NCBI RefSeq assembly: GCF_037902255.1
Contig: NZ_CP147990.1
Span: 1,350,001-1,382,000 of the forward strand
Source of the DNA: Candidatus Electrothrix sp. GW3-4
GTDB lineage: Bacteria; Desulfobacterota; Desulfobulbia; Desulfobulbales; Desulfobulbaceae
DNA: 32,000 nt
Reading direction: 5' to 3'
In this document: positions 1 to 7,282 of the stretch, piece after piece
Numbering within the stretch: position 1 is the stretch's first letter
How the letters are laid out: the number at the start of each line of letters is the position of its first letter
Position numbers and translations under genes: made by a program
Notes under the pieces: generated by a model
Seen by the model: only the letters and a program-made list of their open reading frames with translations
Databases searched by the model: none
What the model was told of the DNA's origin: nothing

Positions 1-1323
1 AATAACGCCGAGCTTGTCAAAGAGGTCCAGGAGCCAAGCCTGATTGAGGTCGCCCTGCTCGGCAAGCCCTTTGTCAGCGCAGAGATCAAGCCAGTCGGTT
101 TTGGGGAGAAAGGATTCCGTGCCGGAACGGTCGGACAGCTCGTCCAGCACGGCGAGATGGGCCTTGCCAAAGCGGACGGTATGCACGCCGAGTTCCGCGA
201 CCTCCTTACTCAGGTCTTTTTGGAATCGCTGAAACTCCAAGGCATAGTTGTTTTGGTATTGAGTACAGGAGAGCGGGTAAAAATCGAGCACGTTCTTATG
301 CTTTTCCTTGAGCCGGGCCATGTCCAGGTTGACCGCACAGAGATCGGCCTTGTTGCCGACCAGCATAACCGGGGCCTTATTGCCGAAAGCCCGCACATGT
401 TCCAGCCAGTATTCGGCCTGCTCATTGGCGTTGATCTCGGTACGTCCGTCCAGGAGGAGGACATAGAGGCAACGGGAGCGGAGAAAGAACTGGTGGGTGG
501 CGTGGGCCACGACCTGGCCGCTGAAGTCCCAGAAATGGGCCGTGATTTCAGTGTCCGGCACCTGCCAGGTGGAGATGTCTATGCCCGGTGTCATTTTTTC
601 TTTGCCCTCATCTACCTCCAGGCCGTTCAGAGCGCGGATGAGGGAGGTCTTGCCTGCCTCGCCATAGCCGAGAAAGATGACGCGGACGCGGTTGAGGGCA
701 CCGGCGGCATTGCCAAGGCTTTTCAGGTAGGCGTTGATGTGTGCGGGTTCCTGGGCAAGGATTTCTTCCGGGAGATGGGCTACTGCTTCGAGAAATTCTT
801 TGTCAGTAGGTATTCCCTCAATGCGTCCTTGGAACCAGTCTGCCCAGATGTCAAAGCCGTTGCCGTAGTCGCGGAGAACTTGGACGAATTCTTTAGCTCG
901 CTGATGCCAGTTTTTTTTGGGGGAAGCATTGAGCGGTTGATAGAGATAGTCGAAGACAGTCTTACCAGTGTTAATATATGTTTTAAGAAAGGTTAATTCT
1001 CTTACGTTGTCGAATGGGTGTGTGTCATCGGTAGCTGGAAAAAGCATTGGAAAGGAAGCAATTAAAATGCTTAAGAACTCTCTATCGCTTTTATTTAACG
1101 ATACAATCAATTCAGAAGAAGATAAGTTTTTCTTGTATCCTCTAACAATTCCAACACTGCTGGGTTCAAAATGTATAGCAAGTTTGAGTTTACTAAATAA
1201 ATACTCTTGGGGTGTTAGCTGCTGTATGTCTGCTAATGAATACGCAGCAACACGAGTTGTATAGGCATGTAACCATCCCTTGGGCAACTGCTCCAGTTCT
1301 TTTTCTATTTCTTCTCTGTTCAT
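1..1323 (-). CDS. Roc/COR-type small GTPase (Roco family), 3' end cut by the window edge; about 215-aa N-terminal region of unknown function
   Basis: Absent from the ORF track because it has no stop inside the window. Hand translation of the minus strand from ATG 1323-1321 (SD-like GAAGGAAG upstream) stays open for all 441 codons down to position 1. It carries Ras-like motifs G1 'GYGEAGKTS', G3 'WDFSGQ' and G4 'GNKADL'. A COR-like segment follows ('DWLDLCADKGL...AWLLDLFDKLGVI'). The + ORF 157-996 is its antisense shadow. Confidence 0.8.
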   Translation of the reverse strand, partial: MNREEIEKELEQLPKGWLHAYTTRVAAYSLADIQQLTPQEYLFSKLKLAIHFEPSSVGIVRGYKKNLSSSELIVSLNKSDREFLSILIASFPMLFPATDDTHPFDNVRELTFLKTYINTGKTVFDYLYQPLNASPKKNWHQRAKEFVQVLRDYGNGFDIWADWFQGRIEGIPTDKEFLEAVAHLPEEILAQEPAHINAYLKSLGNAAGALNRVRVIFLGYGEAGKTSLIRALNGLEVDEGKEKMTPGIDISTWQVPDTEITAHFWDFSGQVVAHATHQFFLRSRCLYVLLLDGRTEINANEQAEYWLEHVRAFGNKAPVMLVGNKADLCAVNLDMARLKEKHKNVLDFYPLSCTQYQNNYALEFQRFQKDLSKEVAELGVHTVRFGKAHLAVLDELSDRSGTESFLPKTDWLDLCADKGLAEQGDLNQAWLLDLFDKLGVI

Positions 1324-1439
1324 ACGGCTTCCTTCAAACCAGCCTGTAGGCTCACGACGTGTCGTGGCCCTACGATGGCAGATAATACGTGACAGACTTT
1401 TTGATGTTATCTACCCCAACGGGGTTATATATATCAGCC

Positions 1440-1498
1440 CGGGGTAACACCCTGGGCACCGGGAACAGAATCTCTCTCGTACTCGGGGTGTTACCCCG
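1440..1498. repeat. Perfect 13-bp inverted repeat (CGGGGTAACACCC / GGGTGTTACCCCG) with a 33-nt spacer, in the 5' region of the Roc gene
   Basis: Arms at 1440-1452 and 1486-1498 are exact reverse complements. Each arm also sits within a local hairpin (GCCCGGGGTaacACCCTGGGC; CTCGGGGTgtTACCCCGAG). A third GGGGT/ACCCC hairpin lies at 1413-1425, and a CACGAC-gt-GTCGTG hairpin at 1353-1366. Confidence 0.7.
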
Positions 1499-1750
1499 AG
1501 TTGATGAAATATACGCCTTTCAGGCGATGAATTGCCCGTACAGGTACATTGCGTAATCCAAGCCAACCGCGACCAAACACTCGCCCGCTGCCGGTAAGTC
1601 TATTTTTTATGTAAAAAGATATATTACTTAGATCTCCAGGTATATTTCTTCTACTTCGAGATCAAAAAAATACACCTGGAAATACTTTGATTATACCTTT
1701 TTATATATTTTTTCTTTGAGAAGGTAGATGGAGACTATCTTCTTGTCCCC

Positions 1751-2173
1751 TCACTCATCAGATAATCGGCAATAGTCTATCACCTCATCCCCGAATTGCA
1801 CCAAATCATCCAGTTTCTTGGTGATCACCTCAGCAACAATATCGATATCGATTTTCTCATACTGATGCACGGCAAAATTACGAAAATGGGCCATCCTGCC
1901 AAGGGATTCCGCCAGTTCTCGATCTATAACCCTATGTTCACCCAGCCGTTGAAAACTGTCTCGACTGCTTGTCGGAATGCCCAGCTTGAGCTGCCGGACG
2001 ACATAATTGGCCAGATCAATGGCTTGTTCGCAGCCCCGAATCACATTGAGGATGGCTGCATCCTGACGGCTGTAATCCTTAGCAAATCCCTTTGGGTTAA
2101 AACCGTATTCCTCTCTTGCCCGAAATACACAGCGCTGAATGGACTGCACCTTGTTGATAATGACATCATTCAT
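1751..2173 (-). CDS. hepT: HepT toxin (DUF86/HEPN RNase) of a type VII HepT/MntA toxin-antitoxin pair
   Basis: 140 aa. HEPN R-x4-H-x-Y motif at 'HFRNFAVHQY'. Its ATG overlaps the upstream mntA stop (ATGA). Confidence 0.85.
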   Translation of the reverse strand: MNDVIINKVQSIQRCVFRAREEYGFNPKGFAKDYSRQDAAILNVIRGCEQAIDLANYVVRQLKLGIPTSSRDSFQRLGEHRVIDRELAESLGRMAHFRNFAVHQYEKIDIDIVAEVITKKLDDLVQFGDEVIDYCRLSDE

Positions 2174-2592
2174 ACCTGATAGGCCCTCTTGGTTCGGTAA
2201 AAATCCTCTAAAATGGCTGCCCGCTCCTCATTAAGTTTCTGATACAGAGAGAGGGTATACATCTCAAATTCTCCTTGGGCATATTCATCCCCCACATAGA
2301 GCAGTCCGCCATAGCTCACCACCTGATGTTGCATCACCGTGGACACCTGACGCAGGTTGAGGAGGTCCACGTCCCGTTCGAGAAGGTCAGCCAGTTCCAA
2401 GGCACAGGGCGAGAGCAGCAGCGAACTCTTTTTCTTTGCCTCGGCGATGGGCAGCAAGAGCCCGATATCGACATCGCTGTCCGGCCATTCCTTTCCGCTC
2501 GCCATCGAACCGAACAGGTAGACCGCCTGCACTGTCGGATAATGTCGCAAGACCACTGTCTGGATATTCCTGCCCATCCTTTCCTGCCCCAT
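2170..2592 (-). CDS. mntA: MntA nucleotidyltransferase antitoxin (minimal NTase fold)
   Basis: 140 aa. NTase signature 'LFGSMASGKEWPDSDVDIGLL' (G-S ... D-x-D). 4-nt overlap with hepT. Confidence 0.85.
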   Translation of the reverse strand: MGQERMGRNIQTVVLRHYPTVQAVYLFGSMASGKEWPDSDVDIGLLLPIAEAKKKSSLLLSPCALELADLLERDVDLLNLRQVSTVMQHQVVSYGGLLYVGDEYAQGEFEMYTLSLYQKLNEERAAILEDFYRTKRAYQV

Positions 2593-2601
2593 CTTAATCT
2601 C

Positions 2602-3309
2602 TTAGTTCTCCTGCGCCGTTAGCAAGGCATTCATCCTTTCCGCCCGCTCCCTGGTCTTGGCCAACACCTCGGGCACTGAGTCCTTGCTGAGGAAATCAAC
2701 AATCCAGCCCAGGCCAAAGGGGATTTTGCCCGGATCGGTGTAGACATGGTAGAAGACCAGCGAGCGCCCGTTCTCCAGCGTTTCAATGCGCCAGAAGCCA
2801 GAGGTGTCCCGGATGGTCTCTGCCGGTTTGAGCTCAGGCCAGGGTTGGAGCTGCCATTGGATCAGAGAGGTCTGTTCATCCGGTTCTGAGGACTCCAGCC
2901 GGATCCGGTACTTTTTGCTCTTGCCCAGGGGCAGACTGAGGAGGTAGTTGAGGACGGCCGTGGACTTGTCCTGTTCAAGGATGTCAATGCGGCTGACATT
3001 GGGCATGAACTCAGGATAACTCTGGTAATCCGTCACGATATCCCGGATAACCTCGCGCCTGGCCTCTATGATGGCCACGGCCGCAAAGGCCTTGCCCGGT
3101 TTACCCTGAGTAGGCTGCTCCCGGATAATGACCTCCTTGTTTTCCACAGCCTGTTGTTCCTGGCTCGTCAGCTTGATCAGAGGGGCTGTTGCTCCAGAGG
3201 GCTGTACTGGGGAACCCGCCCATGCCGTTACCACAAAGCAGAGCATGGAACATCCGAGTACCAGCAGAAGAAAAGGCCTGTTGGGCTTGTTGAACTGTTG
3301 CCCTGTCAT
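2602..3309 (-). CDS. Exported SRPBCC/START-like (polyketide cyclase/dehydrase-lipid transport family) protein
   Basis: 235 aa. N-terminal signal peptide ('LLLVLGCSMLCFVVTAWAGSP'). 'DYQSYPEFMPNVSRIDIL' is typical of cyclase/dehydrase-type SRPBCC domains. ATGA overlap with the upstream gene and a strong SD (GGAGCAGGAGAG). Confidence 0.6.
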   Translation of the reverse strand: MTGQQFNKPNRPFLLLVLGCSMLCFVVTAWAGSPVQPSGATAPLIKLTSQEQQAVENKEVIIREQPTQGKPGKAFAAVAIIEARREVIRDIVTDYQSYPEFMPNVSRIDILEQDKSTAVLNYLLSLPLGKSKKYRIRLESSEPDEQTSLIQWQLQPWPELKPAETIRDTSGFWRIETLENGRSLVFYHVYTDPGKIPFGLGWIVDFLSKDSVPEVLAKTRERAERMNALLTAQEN

Positions 3310-3980
3310 CTCTCCTGCTCCTTGCTCCTGGCCTTGATCTGCATGTCATACTGCCATAATTGGTTATGGACTTTAACGGTATTGAGTACCAGGCCAAGAA
3401 AACAGAGGATCACCGTGAGGGGTAAGAGGATGTGAAAGGAGCCCGTACCCAAATAAATGATAAAGGTATTGATGAGGATAAAGACCACCCGCATCTCGGT
3501 AGGGCCGACGCCGTAATGATAGATCTGGAATTCATTAGTGGCGCCAAAGGCCAGGAAGGAGTTAACCATGAAGCCGCCCAGGATCACCAGGAGGGCAAAG
3601 TACCAGATCTCCAGGCCCGCAGGTGAGATCATATAGCCGACAAAGACCAGGGAGCAGAGAAAGATGTAATCAAGGAAGTGGTCCATGTAAAAGCCCCATT
3701 TGATCAGGCCGGTGTTCCGCTGGCGGCCGAGTTCGCCATCGAACAGGTCGGTCAGGTACTGGAGCAGGATCATCAGAGAGACCAGCCAGAGCAGGTCGAG
3801 ATGCGCTTTTGCCTCAAAGCCGATCAGGATATTGATGAAGCTCCAGAGCAGGGTAGTGAGGGTAAGGTGGTAGGTTTCAATTTCAGGCGAAATCTTGGGA
3901 ATCGCCCAGTTTTTGAGCCGCGTTTCCGGGCCGGTTAAGAGAGAATGACCAACTTTTTTGTCACCTCCAAAGGGTTCCAT
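3306..3980 (-). CDS. CDP-alcohol phosphatidyltransferase family membrane protein
   Basis: 224 aa and polytopic. Near-consensus family motif 'DLFDGELGRQRNTGLIKWGFYMDHFLDYIF' (D-G-x2-[A/G]-R...G-x3-D-x3-D). SD GAGGAGGAG. Confidence 0.8.
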   Translation of the reverse strand: MEPFGGDKKVGHSLLTGPETRLKNWAIPKISPEIETYHLTLTTLLWSFINILIGFEAKAHLDLLWLVSLMILLQYLTDLFDGELGRQRNTGLIKWGFYMDHFLDYIFLCSLVFVGYMISPAGLEIWYFALLVILGGFMVNSFLAFGATNEFQIYHYGVGPTEMRVVFILINTFIIYLGTGSFHILLPLTVILCFLGLVLNTVKVHNQLWQYDMQIKARSKEQER

Positions 3981-3983
3981 ATT

Positions 3984-4463
3984 TTACTCCTCCTCTTCTT
4001 CATTGTTTTTTTTACGAAGCCTTGAGGTAATCTTCTTTCCATGGGGAAAGGAATAGTTTTTTTTCTTGGGCAGGTGTTTTTCTATATCCGAGAGTTGCAG
4101 CTCCAGGGCATGTACGGACAAGAGGACTTCCCAAAAAGAGAAAATGAGGGAAATCATCAGCAGGATAAGGCTGATGACAAAGATAAGTTTACTGAGGAAC
4201 AGACTGCCTGCAAAGAGGGTGAACAGGCAAAGCACGCAGAGAAAGAAGCTGGCCACCCCACAGGCCTGCATATTGCGGATCAGGTAGACCCGTTTACGCA
4301 GGGTGCCGATCTGGCCGACAATGATATCCGTGGGCGTCTCAGCATACTGGGCGTGCAGAATGCGGATGCGTTCGCTGATGGTTCTGAAGCGGGTGGTGTA
4401 GGCCACCAGCAGGAGGGAGACGGCCGGAAAGAGCAGGGCCGGAGAGGTCAGGGTGAGATCCAT
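3984..4463 (-). CDS. DUF2721-like small membrane protein
   Basis: 159 aa. N-terminal 'LLLVAYTTRFRTISERIRILH' resembles DUF2721 as I remember the family. Two to three TM helices and a Lys/Glu-rich tail. 3-nt gap to the downstream gene. Confidence 0.5.
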   Translation of the reverse strand: MDLTLTSPALLFPAVSLLLVAYTTRFRTISERIRILHAQYAETPTDIIVGQIGTLRKRVYLIRNMQACGVASFFLCVLCLFTLFAGSLFLSKLIFVISLILLMISLIFSFWEVLLSVHALELQLSDIEKHLPKKKNYSFPHGKKITSRLRKKNNEEEEE

Positions 4464-4581
4464 TTATTCTGCCCACCCCAGACAGAGAAAGGCCTGGGCG
4501 TTTTTTGGAAAACGGCGGCAGGATTTGTTCTGGAGAATGAGTTCCTTGAGATGCATAAGGTGGCACAAGCGGGGTAGGGAG

Positions 4582-4617
4582 ACAAATACTCCCCTCCTTT
4601 TATGCTGAGGAGGGGAG
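4582..4617 (-). terminator. Intrinsic terminator candidate downstream of the small secreted-protein gene
   Basis: Perfect 9-bp stem CTCCCCTCC (4589-4597) / GGAGGGGAG (4609-4617) with an 11-nt loop. On the minus strand it is followed by TATTTGT. It starts 9 nt after the stop at 4626. Confidence 0.55.
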
Positions 4618-4625
4618 AGAGTGCC

Positions 4626-4901
4626 TTATTTTTTCACAGGGACGGCCTCGTTTGCCGCCTTTGCCGGGGCTGCTTCCTGGTTGCCCCCCTGTTGTCCGCG
4701 TGCCGCTGCAAGGTCTTTCTTCAGGGTCTCCTCCTGAACGAGTCTTTTGAGCTCATTTTTTGCGTCTTCTTCTGCTTTTTTTTCGAATTGCAGGGCCATT
4801 TTTTCTATGTCTGCCTTGTCTTGTGGGGCATCAGCAGCATAGACAGCCGCTGTGAACGGCATGAGCAGGGCCAGGGTTGCGCTAACGACTAATTTTTTCA
4901 T
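4626..4901 (-). CDS. Small secreted Lys/Glu/Ala-rich protein, function unknown
   Basis: The start is moved to ATG 4901-4899, preceded by GGGAGGAAAC; the track's 4913 start is a TTG. Signal peptide 'MKKLVVSATLALLMPFTAAVYA|ADAP'. Confidence 0.6.
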   Translation of the reverse strand: MKKLVVSATLALLMPFTAAVYAADAPQDKADIEKMALQFEKKAEEDAKNELKRLVQEETLKKDLAAARGQQGGNQEAAPAKAANEAVPVKK

Positions 4902-5002
4902 GTTTCCTCCCAAGTGATGTTCAAGTGATGGTATACGTTTCTGCGTGAGAAAGAGCCGCCCCCTTCTGCTATCAGGAGAGACGGAACGGTTTCTTGCTGT
5001 GT

Positions 5003-5755
5003 TTATCCCTGAATGGCATAGCCGCCATCCACCACTACGGCCTGGCCATGAATCATGGCGGCTGCCTCGCTACAGAGGAACAGGGCAAGATCGGCCACAT
5101 CTTCCGGGGTGGTCAGGCGACCAAGTGGGGTCATTTCAAGAGATCGGCCAATGATCTCGTCACGATTGGGGAATTTTTTCAGGGCATCGGTATCAACCAC
5201 ACCAGCACTGATGGTATTGACGGTAATCCGTTGCGGGCCCAGCTCCACGGCAAGGTGACGTACCAGGGATTCCAAGGCCGCCTTAGAGGCACCAACCACG
5301 GTATAATTGGGCACTGCCCGAACCGCGCCAAGACTGGAGACAGCCAGGATTCGTCCGCCGTTTTTCATCATTGGCACGGCATGTTGGGTCAGGGTGAGCA
5401 TGGCCCGGGCATTGATATCCATGGCCCAATCCCAATGGCGATGGGTCAGTTCCAGAGCCGGTTTCAACACCCCGGAGGCGGCATTGGACACCAGGATATC
5501 CATGCTGTCATATGTCTCGCGAATTTGGTCGAACATCCTTTGCACGTCCTCTTCCTTAGCAACATTGGCCTTAATTGCAAGGCAGCCTACGCCGTATTTT
5601 TCAATAGCAGCAACGGTTTCTTCTGCATCACGACGGTGCCGAACATAGTTGACCACGATATTGACGCCGTGCTCTGCCAGGCGCACAGCGATCGCCCGGC
5701 CGATCCCCCGGGAGCCTCCGGTGATGAGCGCTGTTTTTCCCTGCAATTGAAACAT
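5003..5755 (-). CDS. fabL: SDR-family enoyl-[acyl-carrier-protein] reductase, FabL-like
   Basis: 250 aa. 'ITGGSRGIGRAIA' Rossmann motif, 'NAASG', and 'HWDWAMDINA', 'NYTVVGASKAALESL', 'DTDALKKFPNRD' closely parallel B. subtilis FabL as I recall it. SD AGGAGGAG. Confidence 0.75.
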   Translation of the reverse strand: MFQLQGKTALITGGSRGIGRAIAVRLAEHGVNIVVNYVRHRRDAEETVAAIEKYGVGCLAIKANVAKEEDVQRMFDQIRETYDSMDILVSNAASGVLKPALELTHRHWDWAMDINARAMLTLTQHAVPMMKNGGRILAVSSLGAVRAVPNYTVVGASKAALESLVRHLAVELGPQRITVNTISAGVVDTDALKKFPNRDEIIGRSLEMTPLGRLTTPEDVADLALFLCSEAAAMIHGQAVVVDGGYAIQG

Positions 5756-5941
5756 TTACTTCTCCTCCTGTGCAAAAAAGAAAGGGTTCGGCACTGGTAC
5801 CTGTTGTTTTTCCGTTTATTCTTCATCGCGTCGGGGTAAACCTGAAGCCGATTCGGATCAGAACAGACCGTGCTGATTGTTATCATAAATCATTTACTAA
5901 GTGAATGTACCTTGCGGTGCTGCTCTTTGCAAGAGCAATGG

Positions 5942-6919
5942 TTATGTTTGCTTGCGGTCGATTTTCTCTAATAACTTGTCGTTGTTCATAAAAACCCTGC
6001 GCACACTGCTTTTCAAAAAACGGAAGGGATTAAAGCGAACCGGGTTGAGTGTAGCAGGCACTTGAAAATTATCGACCTGGAGCTCTTCGGGCGTAGCGAG
6101 GGGAAAGGAGAGCTGGGCAAGGGAGGCTCCTGGTAACTGGGCACGTTGGCAGGCAGCCATCAGGGGACTGTCCTCGGGGGCCACCCCCAGGATTACATGA
6201 AGGGCCCTGTCAATAGCGACAGCATTGGTTGCGGCGGCAAGAACAGAGAGAGGGTAGGGGGTACCATTGATGGGCCCGCTCCTGTGCATGGCGACAATGC
6301 CGTCAATAATGTTGAGTGAAGAGGGCAGGGCTGCCGGGATTTGAATAAGGCGGTCAAAGAACCCGCCCTTCCTGTGGCTTTGCTGGCCACCGTAGGTCAT
6401 ATGCCACCAGGCCTTGCGCAAGCCCACAAGGCAACCAAAATAGTTTTTTACGGCCATTGTTAAACGGGCCTGGACATGGGCCTTTACCCGAGGCATATTG
6501 ACGAGCAGGTCGCATTCCAGAGCTGCGCGAGCCAGTACAGCCTGTTCGCCTCCGGGGAGTTCGACGGGCATCCCTTGTTGAAAAGGACGGATGGAGACGC
6601 CAAGCCGGGACAGCTCATCAAGCAGGTTAAGATTTTTAAGAACAGAGACAGCAGTGCCAAAGGCTGGTGAATCTCCAATGCCAACCCGGGCTCCCTGCGC
6701 AAGGAACCAGCGGCTCACGGCCAGGATCAACGCGCCTTCTGTGCAGGAAAGCGGGCCGGTTTTGGCAGAGATCAGGTTGGGTTTGAGAAGCACCTCAGCA
6801 GAACAAAGGGTGAGCGGCAGATCAATATGCTCCAATACCCGGTCAAGGGCCTGGGAGAGGGCTGGGTCATTATACTTTGTGCAGGCAGTGAGCGCAACCC
6901 GGCAAGAAGTGTGTGGCAT
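5942..6919 (-). CDS. DUF362 domain-containing protein
   Basis: 325 aa. The pattern 'VLLKPNL...', 'NMPRVKAHVQARLTMAVKNYFG', 'IIDGIVAM' resembles DUF362 family proteins. No ferredoxin Cys cluster seen. Confidence 0.6.
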   Translation of the reverse strand: MPHTSCRVALTACTKYNDPALSQALDRVLEHIDLPLTLCSAEVLLKPNLISAKTGPLSCTEGALILAVSRWFLAQGARVGIGDSPAFGTAVSVLKNLNLLDELSRLGVSIRPFQQGMPVELPGGEQAVLARAALECDLLVNMPRVKAHVQARLTMAVKNYFGCLVGLRKAWWHMTYGGQQSHRKGGFFDRLIQIPAALPSSLNIIDGIVAMHRSGPINGTPYPLSVLAAATNAVAIDRALHVILGVAPEDSPLMAACQRAQLPGASLAQLSFPLATPEELQVDNFQVPATLNPVRFNPFRFLKSSVRRVFMNNDKLLEKIDRKQT

Positions 6920-7156
6920 AATGTGGCAATGCAGTTGGATTGATCAGGGTGAGCGAAAAGAGAGTTTACCTATTTTAGATGAAGCAATACCAAAATGTAA
7001 AGGGAATATTCTTTTTCTGCCAGGTCATGAATAGGGTGGAAATATATTCTAACTGATGGAGTATAAAAGATAAAAGAGGCTGAAGGTAGCAGGTTGATAC
7101 TCCTCTGCTGAGAGCGAAGAAAGAGCTCCCAAGTCCTTCCACCTCCCTGTTTCGCC

Positions 7157-7185
7157 TTGACAGGGATTTTCATGAATTATATATT
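7157..7185 (+). promoter_or_regulatory. Sigma70-type promoter candidate for ilvBN
   Basis: TTGACA (7157-7162), 17-bp spacer, TATATT (7180-7185). Lies about 100 nt upstream of the ilvB ATG. Confidence 0.5.
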
Positions 7186-7282
7186 CCTAACCAATTCTCA
7201 TATATTTACTGAAAAAGAATGAGTCATCGACTCTACGCACGGGGATAACCCGGCGTCCCAAAAACAAGGAAAGGATTATCCG

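Noticed and set aside
157-996. 279-aa + strand ORF, the longest ORF listed at the left edge
   Set aside because: Its translation has no recognisable motifs. The opposite strand in the same region encodes a clean Roc GTPase with G1, G3 and G4 motifs and is open to the window edge. This ORF is an antisense shadow.
4994-5839. 281-aa + strand ORF overlapping fabL
   Set aside because: It is antisense to a well-supported SDR/FabL gene. The product is His/Gly-rich, low-information sequence with no SD.
7035-7143. Nested stems (GGTGGAA/TTCCACC enclosing GGAGTAT/ATACTCC) between the DUF362 and ilvB genes, suggestive of a structured RNA
   Set aside because: Seven-bp complementarities within ~110 nt are expected by chance at roughly this frequency. 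There is no recognisable riboswitch core and the strand is ambiguous.
7172-7222. 16-codon mini-ORF (MNYIFLTNSHIFTEKE) upstream of ilvB as a possible branched-chain amino acid attenuation leader peptide
   Set aside because: It has no run of Ile/Leu/Val codons and no obvious terminator/antiterminator pair downstream. It also overlaps the predicted -10 region.
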